Below, in pieces: positions 52,412 through 60,618 of a DNA stretch of 61,109 nt. The notes beneath the pieces were generated by a model. The model was not told the DNA's origin. It was given only the letters and a program-made list of their open reading frames with translations, and did no database searches. Source of the DNA: Vicinamibacterales bacterium (GTDB taxonomy: Bacteria > Acidobacteriota > Vicinamibacteria > Vicinamibacterales > 2-12-FULL-66-21); the NCBI GenBank assembly GCA_035537955.1, contig DATLLF010000178.1, positions 1 through 61,109 of the forward strand, written 5' to 3'. The stretch's first letter is position 1. Each line of letters begins with the position of its first letter. The position numbers and the translations under genes were made by a program.

Positions 52412-52893
52412 GGACGCCTCCCGCCCCCCGCCTGGCGCTCACGGTGCTGGAACGATTTGTACCCGACAACGAAGCGTTGACTGGTGATCTCCTGGAGGAG
52501 TTCGATGCGCGGCCCTCGACCGTGTGGTTCTGGGTGCAGGTGCTGGCCGCCATTGCGGCGGCCTGGCGGACGCGAGGCGCAGAGATTCGTCCCTTACGGC
52601 TCGTCGATTTTCAGCCCGCGGACGCGGCGGAACGGACGCGTCACTATGGCCTTCGGTTCCCGCCTGTCAATCTAAGTCCCGTCGCGGGTATGGGCGGCCT
52701 CGGCTTCATGCTCCTTATCGGCCTCATGACGCGCACCATGCCGGCAGCATGGTGGCTGCTGCTCGCGTCCGCACTCGCCGGATGTGTACTCGGCGCCGTC
52801 CTGATCGTCCTTGCGCGGCCGGGCGGCGCGCGCATGACGGAGCCCGGCCGAATTGTTCCTTCTGGCGCCCCCAGGATGAAGGGGTCGGTCTAG
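52408..52893 (+). CDS. Membrane protein with a stand-alone permease-prefix-like N-domain
   Basis: The start MRTPPAPRLALTVLERFVPDNEALTGDLLEEF overlaps the PadR-3 stop as ATGA. There are 3 predicted TM helices (VWFWVQVLAAIAAAW, GLGFMLLIGLM, WWLLLASALAGCVLGAVLIVLA). Confidence 0.65.
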   Translation: MRTPPAPRLALTVLERFVPDNEALTGDLLEEFDARPSTVWFWVQVLAAIAAAWRTRGAEIRPLRLVDFQPADAAERTRHYGLRFPPVNLSPVAGMGGLGFMLLIGLMTRTMPAAWWLLLASALAGCVLGAVLIVLARPGGARMTEPGRIVPSGAPRMKGSV

Positions 52894-53031
52894 GCATCAC
52901 CTTGGTACCCGAACAGAGTTGACTCGCCACGTCGTCAACCATGTCCGGCCCGCGCGTGTCTATTTCGTGTCAAAACACGAACGGCGCGACCCGAAGCCGC
53001 GCCGTAAGTTACTGATGTGATTGGTCGGGGC

Positions 53032-53108
53032 GAGTGGATTCGAACCACCGACCCCTCGGTCCCGAACCGAGTGCTCTACCAGGCTGAGCCACGCCCCGAC
53101 TAAAAGCG
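53032..53108 (-). tRNA. tRNA-Pro (anticodon CGG)
   Basis: The reverse complement is CGGGGCG-TG-GCTC..GAGC-A-CTCGG-TTCGGGA-CCGAG-GGGTC-GGTGG-TTCGAAT-CCACT-CGCCCCG-A-CCA. It is 77 nt with G37 and an encoded CCA end. Confidence 0.93.
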
Positions 53109-53121
53109 TTTGGCCATTGTA

Positions 53122-54277
53122 TCACCGGCCTTCGAACAGCGCCTTGAATTCCGCGCGATCCTTGATCGGCGCGAAGATCGGGTCATCGAAGAGTTCCATC
53201 GGACGGAATCGCACGGGGATGCTCTGCAGCCACGCGATCGCGGCATTGGTGTCCCCTTTCTGCATGCACGCACGCGCGGCCGGGATGCCGAGGTCGCGGT
53301 AGCCCAGTCCCTTCCCTTTCAACTTCTCGAGCTCGTCGCACGCGGCACCGAACTGCTTGTCTCCGAGGAGCGCCTCTCCGTACGCCAGGCGCAGCGTATG
53401 GTTCTCTGGTGCGGTTGACACGAGTTCCGCGTAAGCCGCGGCCGCTTCATGGAAGCGCCCACCCATCACGTGCCCCGCTGCAACGGACTCGCGTACGTTG
53501 CGGCGAAGCGCCGACTGATATTCCGCCGCCGTTGTCGTCTTCACGAACTCGATGGTCTGATCGATCACCCGGCGCGACTGTTCGTCGTCGTTCCGCATCT
53601 CGAAGGCGAAAGCCGCCCGGGTAGTTCAGCAGGGTGACGGGTGCGTTCTGTGAGAGCGCGTTCGCGACGATGCTGTCGATCCCCCGGTTGACGGCAGGAC
53701 GATCGAGCCCCGCTCGCACGTACAGCACCGGAAGATCCTCTCGAAATTGCGTCACGGACGCCGATCCGTAATACATCACCGCTGACTTGAGGAGCGTCGA
53801 ACGACGGTCCTGCACGATGGGCAGCGCGCGCGAAACATTGCCCGATCCCGCGTAGAGGGCGACGGCATTGCGGTCGATTCCCGCTTCCTCTCCTGTGTAC
53901 TTGGCGAGGTACTCGTGCAGCGCGACGTAATCCTGGACAGCGGTTTCCATCCGAAGGTCCGGCAGAATGGCGGTAATGCCTTTGGAGGCGACTACGCGCG
54001 CCCACGAGGCGTAGAACGGGTTCGATCGCTCCGCGCCCGACGCGATGTTGAAGAAGATCAGCGTCGGGTGCCGCGTGCCGGTCGCGGGACGGTACACGTC
54101 CATGAGCAGCCGCCCGGAGGGTGATTTGCCGTACTCGACGTCCTTGATGACTTTGTACGAGCTCTCTGGTGGAACCGGATAGGCGAAGCGAATCTGCTGC
54201 GCGCTACCGAGCGACACAGCACAGAGGCCGTAGAACGCGGTCAGGAATGCTGATCGAACCATGCCGCCCATTCTCAT
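53122..54277 (-). pseudogene. Secreted alpha/beta-hydrolase-like protein with a C-terminal TPR-like domain, split by a frameshift near 53600-53615
   Basis: The upstream frame reads ...APVTLLNYPGG and then drifts into Arg/Gly-rich sequence. The downstream ORF's frame, read upstream of its ATG, gives FAFEMRNDDEQSRRVIDQTIEFVK... A net 1-nt shift joins them into one ~385-aa ORF. The signal peptide is MVRSAFLTAFYGLCAVSLGSAQQ. Confidence 0.55.
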
Positions 54278-54287
54278 GGGTGGACGT

Positions 54288-55058
54288 TCAGGATTTCGGC
54301 TGGAGTGACGATACGCTCGCGCGCGGGACCAGTTGATCCTCGAGGACGCCGAGCGCATCGTATGCGGTCAGATCGGGCTGCAGCGGCGTGACGGAGATGT
54401 AGCCGTCGCGAACGGCCTGATAGTCGGAGCGATCGTGCGGCTCCCAGTCGTTCTGCCCTTCCTCGATCCAGTAATATGCCCGGCCGCGGGGATCCAGCCG
54501 TTCGGCGACAACGGTCAGGTGATTCCGCTTCGCCTGCACCGTCACGCGCATTCCTCGAGGCGGACCAGACGGAACGTTCATGTTCAGGAACACTCTCGAC
54601 GGGAGTCCGCGTTCCATCACCGACTCGCCAACGATGCCTGCGGATGCCGCTGCAGGCCGGAAGTCGTACTCCGCCGTGCGCTCGAGCGACACGGCAATAC
54701 TCGGGATCCCGAGCAACGCTCCCTCCATTGCGCCCGACACGGTACCTGAGTACGTCACGTCGTCACCGAGGTTGTAGCCCTTGTTGATGCCCGACACGAT
54801 GAGATCGGGAGGTGATGTGTAGAGCTGAGTAAGGGCGACGTTCACGCAGTCGGTTGGTGTGCCGTCCACTTCGTACACGCGTTCGCGGAGGCGCTCCATG
54901 CGGAGAGGGCGGCGCAGCGTGAGCGCATGGCCGATGGCACTGGCTTCGATATGCGGCGCGACGATCGTGACCTCCCCCAGCGGCGCGAGCGCCGCCGCCA
55001 GCGCGTGGATGCCCTCGGAGTGCACGCCGTCGTCATTTGTGACGAGGATCTTCTTCAT
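54288..55058 (-). CDS. surE: 5'/3'-nucleotidase SurE
   Basis: MKKILVTNDDGVHSEGIHAL and GINKGYNLGDDVTYSGTV. Confidence 0.95.
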   Translation of the reverse strand: MKKILVTNDDGVHSEGIHALAAALAPLGEVTIVAPHIEASAIGHALTLRRPLRMERLRERVYEVDGTPTDCVNVALTQLYTSPPDLIVSGINKGYNLGDDVTYSGTVSGAMEGALLGIPSIAVSLERTAEYDFRPAAASAGIVGESVMERGLPSRVFLNMNVPSGPPRGMRVTVQAKRNHLTVVAERLDPRGRAYYWIEEGQNDWEPHDRSDYQAVRDGYISVTPLQPDLTAYDALGVLEDQLVPRASVSSLQPKS

Positions 55059-56256
55059 CAGAAAACAGAAAGTATAGCAGCAGGGTTGCGGCCGCCGCGA
55101 GACCGGCGCCGGTCAGAAACGCACCGTGCGGCGACACGCGCGTCCACATCACGCCGAAGATCAGCGACGCGAGCAACGCACCAAGGCCGATGACTGCGTT
55201 GTAGTATCCGAACGCGGTCGCCCGGCGCGATTCCGGCGCGAGGTCGGCGATCCACGCCTTCTCCACGCCCTCTGTCAGCCCGAAGTAGATACCGTAGGAG
55301 AGAAACACCACGATCAGCGGCGTGACGGCATCGACGAACGCAAACGCGGCGTACACCGCCGCATAGAACATCCAGCCCGCCGCAATGACATGACGACGTC
55401 CGAAGCGGTCCGACAGCTCGCCGCCCGCGAGTGACGACGCCACCTTGACGACATGCAGCGCGGACCAGAGCAGCGGGATCCAGAACGCCGCGACACCCAC
55501 ATCGCTGAGGCGCAGCAGCAGAAACGCGTCTGACGCGTTCCCCAGCGCGAACAGGAGCAGCACTGCGAGCGGAGCCGTCAGGGGACGCAGTGAAGCGGCG
55601 GGAGCCGACGTTGAGGGTGCGGGGGCTGACGTTGACGGTGCGGGGGCTGACGTTGACGGTGCGGGAGCCGAGGTGACGGGTGCGGGAATGGCAAGAATGA
55701 CGGCCATTACGATGATGCCCGGTATGATCGTCAGCGCGAACAGCGTTCGATACTGTTCGGGATAGACGTAGAGGAACGCCGACGCGAGCAGCGGCCCGAG
55801 GACGGCGCCGCTGTGGTCCATCGCGCGGTGAAATCCATAGACTCGGCCCCGCTGCGATGGGTCTGCGAAGCCGGCGAGCATGGCGTCGCGCGGAGCGCCG
55901 CGGATCCCTTTACCGAGGCGGTCCGAAAAACGGATCGCGAGCACCTGCCCCCACCCGGTCGCGACGGCGATGAGCGGGCGGACCATGGATGAGAGGCCGT
56001 ATCCGCCGAGCATCAACCACTTCGGCCGGCCCGTCCGGTCGGCGACCTTTCCCGAGACCACCTTCAGGATGCTGTTTGCAGCTTCGGCGAAACCCTCGAT
56101 GAGGCCGAGCGACATCGCCCCCGCACCCAGCACCCGAGTCAGGAACAGCGGCAGCAGCGGATAGATCATCTCCGACGCGGTGTCGGTGAAAAAGCTGACC
56201 CAGCCGATCAGCCAGATCGGGCGCGACAGGCCGAACCGGCTGTTGCGGCCGGTCAC
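55033..56256 (-). CDS. MFS transporter
   Basis: 407 aa with 12 TM helices and the motif DRLGKGIRGAPRDA. The GTG at 56256 overlaps the upstream stop as GTGA. The track ORF's upstream 196 codons lie inside the preceding gene in another frame. Confidence 0.85.
   Translation of the reverse strand: MTGRNSRFGLSRPIWLIGWVSFFTDTASEMIYPLLPLFLTRVLGAGAMSLGLIEGFAEAANSILKVVSGKVADRTGRPKWLMLGGYGLSSMVRPLIAVATGWGQVLAIRFSDRLGKGIRGAPRDAMLAGFADPSQRGRVYGFHRAMDHSGAVLGPLLASAFLYVYPEQYRTLFALTIIPGIIVMAVILAIPAPVTSAPAPSTSAPAPSTSAPAPSTSAPAASLRPLTAPLAVLLLFALGNASDAFLLLRLSDVGVAAFWIPLLWSALHVVKVASSLAGGELSDRFGRRHVIAAGWMFYAAVYAAFAFVDAVTPLIVVFLSYGIYFGLTEGVEKAWIADLAPESRRATAFGYYNAVIGLGALLASLIFGVMWTRVSPHGAFLTGAGLAAAATLLLYFLFSDEEDPRHK
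55598..55686. repeat. 21-bp tandem repeat, ~4.2 copies, inside the MFS gene; encodes (SAPAPST)n in the central loop
   Basis: The units are 55598-618, 55619-39 and 55640-60 (the last two identical), 55661-81, plus a partial copy. The protein reads PVTSAPAPSTSAPAPSTSAPAPSTSAPAAS. Confidence 0.9.
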
Positions 56257-57419
56257 ACGCGCAGGAAGATTCGCCGCCGGTACATCCACCAGAGCAGGGC
56301 GAAGAGGACCGCCAGGTTTGCGATCGAGTACAGCAGCGAGGCGTTCTTCGGGTCGGCGAACGGCGCGAACCAGTGCAGGTACGCCCAGGTGTTCACCGCG
56401 ATCATTCGACCGTCGGGGCCGGCGACGCGGATGAGTGCCAGCGTCTTGACGAGCAGCCCGGATACGACGAACAGCGTGATCGCATTCACGCCCAGGATGA
56501 CGAGCGGCGTCATGCCGCGGCGCCAGCGCTTCACGTCGAGGACCCAGTGGCAGGCAGCGAGCAACAGCGCCGCGAAGCCCGCGGTGAAGAGCACGTACGA
56601 GCTCGTCCAGAGATTCTTGTTGATGGGGAACACGATGTTCCAGACCAGCCCCGCGAACAGCGCGACGGCACCTCCACCCGCGAGCGCCGCCGTCTTGCGA
56701 GACGAGGCCCAGTCGCTGCCGAGACACATCCCCGCCACGACCCCGAGCAGTGTCGTCGAGATGGCAGGCACGGTGCTGAGCAGCCCTTCGGGATCCCAGC
56801 GCGGGCGCCAGAGGTGTCCGTTCATCAGCGCGCGATCGAGCCATGCGCCCAGATTGCCCTCGGGGGAAAGATCACCCGCCGTGCCGCCGGGCGGCGGGAC
56901 GAGCATCATGATCGCCCAGTAACCGAGCGCGAGCGCAGCGGCGGTTGACGCCGCGGCAATCACCTGCCGGCGGCGATTGCCGGACGTCAGCCGATACAGA
57001 CTGGCGGCCGCGAGGTAACACAAGGCGATGCGTTGAAGCACGCCAGGAATGCGCCACCGGTGAATGTTGAATCGCGGATATCCCGCGAGAAAGAGGCCGA
57101 GCGCAAGGATGATCGCGCTGCGGCGCAGGATGGATCCCCAGCCTGCCGACTTCTTCGAGAGCGTGATCGAGACACCCACGATGAAAAGGAAGAACGGGAA
57201 GATGAGATCCGTCGGCGTCCAACCGTTCCATGCCGCGTGTTCCAGCGGCCAGTACATATTGTTCCAGTCGCCCGGATTGTTGACGATCACCATCGCCGCC
57301 ATCGTCAGGCCGCGGAACACGTCGAGCGACAGGAGTCGCTGCGCTGCCGCCGGCCCCGATGTCGTCTGCCGCGTCTGCGTCGAGAGAGCCGGAGACACGA
57401 TCCGCTGCCCGGAAGCCAT
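56253..57419 (-). CDS. Heparan-alpha-glucosaminide N-acetyltransferase-like membrane protein (DUF5009/DUF1624)
   Basis: LLSLDVFRGLTMAAMVIVNNPGDW...WNGWTPTDLIFPFFLFIVGVS. Polytopic. Confidence 0.8.
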   Translation of the reverse strand: MASGQRIVSPALSTQTRQTTSGPAAAQRLLSLDVFRGLTMAAMVIVNNPGDWNNMYWPLEHAAWNGWTPTDLIFPFFLFIVGVSITLSKKSAGWGSILRRSAIILALGLFLAGYPRFNIHRWRIPGVLQRIALCYLAAASLYRLTSGNRRRQVIAAASTAAALALGYWAIMMLVPPPGGTAGDLSPEGNLGAWLDRALMNGHLWRPRWDPEGLLSTVPAISTTLLGVVAGMCLGSDWASSRKTAALAGGGAVALFAGLVWNIVFPINKNLWTSSYVLFTAGFAALLLAACHWVLDVKRWRRGMTPLVILGVNAITLFVVSGLLVKTLALIRVAGPDGRMIAVNTWAYLHWFAPFADPKNASLLYSIANLAVLFALLWWMYRRRIFLRV

Positions 57420-57472
57420 TCTGAGAACTATAGCCGCGGCGCGGTCATTCGGCTCAGGCCATAATTCTGCTG

Positions 57473-58486
57473 ATGCCGCATCCGTTCGACGCCGTGCTTC
57501 TGATTGCGTTCGGCGGACCGCAGCATCGCGATCACATCCGCCCCTTCCTCGCGAACGTCCTGCGCGGGCGGCGCGTCTCCCCCGAACGGGTTGAAGAGGT
57601 CGTCCACCACTACGAGATCTTCGACGGCATCTCTCCGATTACCGAACTGACGATGCGGCAGGCGGAACGGCTGAGACACGCGCTTCAGGAGCGCGCCATG
57701 CCGCTGCCGGTTTATGTCGGGATGCGGAACTGGGATCCCTATCTGCGCGACACGCTCGTGCGTATGTCAGGCGATGGGATCCGACACGCCGTCGCCGTGG
57801 TCGCCGCAGCGCACCGGAGCTACTCCGGCTGTACGCAATATCGCGAGAACGTTGCCGATGCGCGCGCTGCGCTGAAAGGCGCCGGCTTGCCTGACGTGAG
57901 CGTGACGTACATCAACGACTGGCATGCCTCGCCGGGATTCGTAGAGGCCAACGCCGATCACGTGCTGGCAGCGCGCGAATCCCTGCCCGTTGATGTCCGC
58001 CGGGAAGCTGAGCTGGTGTTCACCGCGCACAGCATTCCCGCATCGATGGCCGAGCGATACCCGTATCAGCGTCAGCTCGAGGAGAGTTGTGCGGCGGTGG
58101 CGGACGCGATCGCGACGCGCCTGTCGAGCAGTGAGCCGCCGCGATGGACGCTCGTGTATCAAAGCCGCAGCGGCCGTCCCCAGGATCCGTGGCTCGGCCC
58201 GGACGTGTGCGAGCACCTTCGACAGACCGCAGCGAGCGGCACTCGGAGCGTGGTGCTCTGTCCCATCGGATTCATCTGCGATCACATCGAGGTGCTCTAC
58301 GACCTCGATGTCGAAGCAGCGGCCGTCGCGCGCGAGCTCGGACTGCAAATGGCCCGTGCGTCGGCGGTCAACGCGCATCCGAGATTCATCCTCGCACTGG
58401 CCGATGCCGTCACGGAATGCGTGAATCGATATCGCAGCGGTCGCCCTCTGATGATCAGTTTACCCGCGTCCGAGAGGCAGGCCTGA
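57473..58486 (+). CDS. hemH: Ferrochelatase
   Basis: DAVLLIAFGGP, GISPITELT, VGMRNWDPY, FTAHSIP and CPIGFICDHIEVLYDLD. Confidence 0.93.
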   Translation: MPHPFDAVLLIAFGGPQHRDHIRPFLANVLRGRRVSPERVEEVVHHYEIFDGISPITELTMRQAERLRHALQERAMPLPVYVGMRNWDPYLRDTLVRMSGDGIRHAVAVVAAAHRSYSGCTQYRENVADARAALKGAGLPDVSVTYINDWHASPGFVEANADHVLAARESLPVDVRREAELVFTAHSIPASMAERYPYQRQLEESCAAVADAIATRLSSSEPPRWTLVYQSRSGRPQDPWLGPDVCEHLRQTAASGTRSVVLCPIGFICDHIEVLYDLDVEAAAVARELGLQMARASAVNAHPRFILALADAVTECVNRYRSGRPLMISLPASERQA

Positions 58487-58683
58487 CCGCCGCCGCCAAG
58501 GCTTCGGCGAGTCGCGCCGGGGCTTCAGCGAAGGCGGAAGGGCTGCGCTGCAGCGAACAACCTTTCTGCGTGCTCGTTCGTCTAGTCTGCGAGCCATGCT
58601 GAGAGAGCTTGCCGCGCCGAAGGCGGGTTTTACATCCTTAACACACGAGCGTGCGTAGAATGCTCCCACCGAGGCAATCAGAT

Positions 58684-60501
58684 ATGCGAATGATGAAGTT
58701 GGCTGCCGTCTGCTTTCTGGCCCTTTCGCTGCAGGCCGCGTCCGCCGGCGCCCAGATGACGGTGATCCCTGACACCGGAGGCGAGCCGATTCAGCTGCCG
58801 GGCCCGGGCCGTCAAATGAAAACGGGCACGGGCCGGATCAAAGGCCGTCTCGTCACCGCTGAAACCGGCGCGCCGGTGCGTCGCGCGCAGGTGCGTCTCT
58901 CCGGTCAGGACATTCTTCCGAAGACGGTCGCGACCGACAACGACGGTGCCTTCGAGTTCGGCGAGTTGCCCGCCGGCCGCTATACAGTCAACGCGACGAA
59001 GAGTGGCTATGTGAGCGTCGGCTACGGACAGACGCGTCCGTTCGAATCCCCGAAGCAGCTGGATCTCACGGAGGGCCAGGTGATCGACAAGGCGGATATC
59101 ACGATGCCGCGCGGCTCGGTGATTTCCGGCCGGATCATCGACGAGTTCGGCGAGCCGGTCGCGGATGCTTCTGTGAGCGCGATGCGCTCCACCTGGTCGA
59201 ACGGCCGCCGTCGTCTGCAGTCCACTGGACGCACAGCAACGACCAACGATCTCGGGCAATACCGGATCTACGGCCTGCCGCCCGGAGAGTATTACGTGAG
59301 CGCGACGCTGCGCGGCGCCCAGGAAATGATGGTCATGGAGATGGCCGTCGCTGCCGCGGTGCGCACCACGATGACCGACGGTGGTGGCGACGCGCCGCGG
59401 TCCGGCTACGCACCGACGTATTACCCGGGCACGCCCAACGGCGGCGAGGCGCAGAAGCTGTCGCTTTCCGTCGGCCAGGAGGCGCAGAACACGGACTTCG
59501 GCCTTATCCCCGTGCGTCTGTCGAAGGTCAGCGGTACGGTGATGAGCTCCGACGGACGTCCACTCGAAGGCGTGATGGTCACCGCGACCTCGCGCGGCAA
59601 TATGGCGAACACCATCATCTTTCCTTCCGGCGCGGCCGCTCGGACTGACAGGAACGGCAACTTCACGTTGAACAGCGTCGCGCCGGGCGACTACACGCTG
59701 AATGCGCGAACCACGGGGATCGTGAGCAGCAGCAGCGACGGCGACCGCATGGTCTTCACGATGACGAGAGTCTCCGGCCCCGGCGGCGGCGATGGTTCCT
59801 CGGAGTTCGGCTCGATCCCCTTGAGCGTGGCCGGAGAAGACATGTCGAACGTGATCATCGCCACATCCAAGGGCACGACGGTGTCGGGCCGCGTCGTCTA
59901 CGAGGGAGGCTCCAAACCGACCACGAACACGCTGCGCATCAGCGCCGCTGAAGCGGATGCGGAAGGTCCCGCGGGGCTGCTTGGCGGTTCGTCATCGGTG
60001 ACCAGCGAGGGCACGTTCGAGCTCAAAGGGCTAGTGGGCCAGCGCATCTTCCGTGTGTCGAACATCCCGTCCGGATGGGTGCTCAAGGCCGTGCGTCTGA
60101 ATGGCACCGACGTCACCGACAACGGCATCGACGTGCGCCCGACGGAGCCCGTCACTGGCGTGGAGGTCGTGCTGACCACCAAGACAACGGAACTCACCGG
60201 AGCGGTGAAGGCGGGCAACGATCCCGCGAAGGATTACACGGTCGTGATCTTCTCCGACGACCCGCAGAAATGGACCGTGCCGATGACACGCCACATCGTC
60301 AGTGCGCGGCCGAACCAGGAGGGCCGCTTCCAGGTGAAGCACCTCCCCGCCGGCAGCTATTACGTTGTCGCGCTCGAATACATTGCCCAGGGTGACTGGT
60401 TCGATCCCGACATGCTCGAGCGCCTGAAGTCCAGGGCCACCCGCATCACGCTCGACGAGGGTGAGGTCGAGAACATCAATCTGTCGCTCGAATCTATGTG
60501 A
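58684..60501 (+). CDS. Secreted multi-domain carboxypeptidase-regulatory-like (CarboxypepD_reg) protein
   Basis: Signal peptide MRMMKLAAVCFLALSLQAASAGAQ. Repeated G-x-V/I...G-x-P...A-x-V...D-G-x-F-x-L/F-x-x-L/V-x-P-G-x-Y modules (for example GRIKGRLVTAETGAPVRRAQVRL...DGAFEFGELPAGRYTV). Confidence 0.8.
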   Translation: MRMMKLAAVCFLALSLQAASAGAQMTVIPDTGGEPIQLPGPGRQMKTGTGRIKGRLVTAETGAPVRRAQVRLSGQDILPKTVATDNDGAFEFGELPAGRYTVNATKSGYVSVGYGQTRPFESPKQLDLTEGQVIDKADITMPRGSVISGRIIDEFGEPVADASVSAMRSTWSNGRRRLQSTGRTATTNDLGQYRIYGLPPGEYYVSATLRGAQEMMVMEMAVAAAVRTTMTDGGGDAPRSGYAPTYYPGTPNGGEAQKLSLSVGQEAQNTDFGLIPVRLSKVSGTVMSSDGRPLEGVMVTATSRGNMANTIIFPSGAAARTDRNGNFTLNSVAPGDYTLNARTTGIVSSSSDGDRMVFTMTRVSGPGGGDGSSEFGSIPLSVAGEDMSNVIIATSKGTTVSGRVVYEGGSKPTTNTLRISAAEADAEGPAGLLGGSSSVTSEGTFELKGLVGQRIFRVSNIPSGWVLKAVRLNGTDVTDNGIDVRPTEPVTGVEVVLTTKTTELTGAVKAGNDPAKDYTVVIFSDDPQKWTVPMTRHIVSARPNQEGRFQVKHLPAGSYYVVALEYIAQGDWFDPDMLERLKSRATRITLDEGEVENINLSLESM

Positions 60502-60546
60502 GGCACAATCGTCAGCTCCAGACTGCAAACGGCAAACTCCAAAAGG

Positions 60547-60579
60547 AACGAAACATCTCCGCGGATTTCGTTTTGTTTG
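60547..60579. terminator. Bidirectional intrinsic terminator candidate between convergent genes
   Basis: Stem AACGAAA (60547-53) pairs with TTTCGTT (66-72). It is followed by TTGTTTG on the plus strand and by CCTTTTGG on the minus strand. Confidence 0.6.
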
Positions 60580-60596
60580 AAGTTTGAAGTTTGAAG
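60576..60596. repeat. Heptanucleotide tandem repeat (TTTGAAG) x3
   Basis: Read directly at 60576-82, 60583-89 and 60590-96. A degenerate fourth copy, tctgggc, follows. Confidence 0.85.
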
Positions 60597-60618
60597 TCTG
60601 GGCTTGGCGAGATTGCGC

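Noticed and set aside
53021-53302. 93-aa plus-strand ORF
   Set aside because: It overlaps tRNA-Pro and lies antisense to the hydrolase-TPR gene tail.
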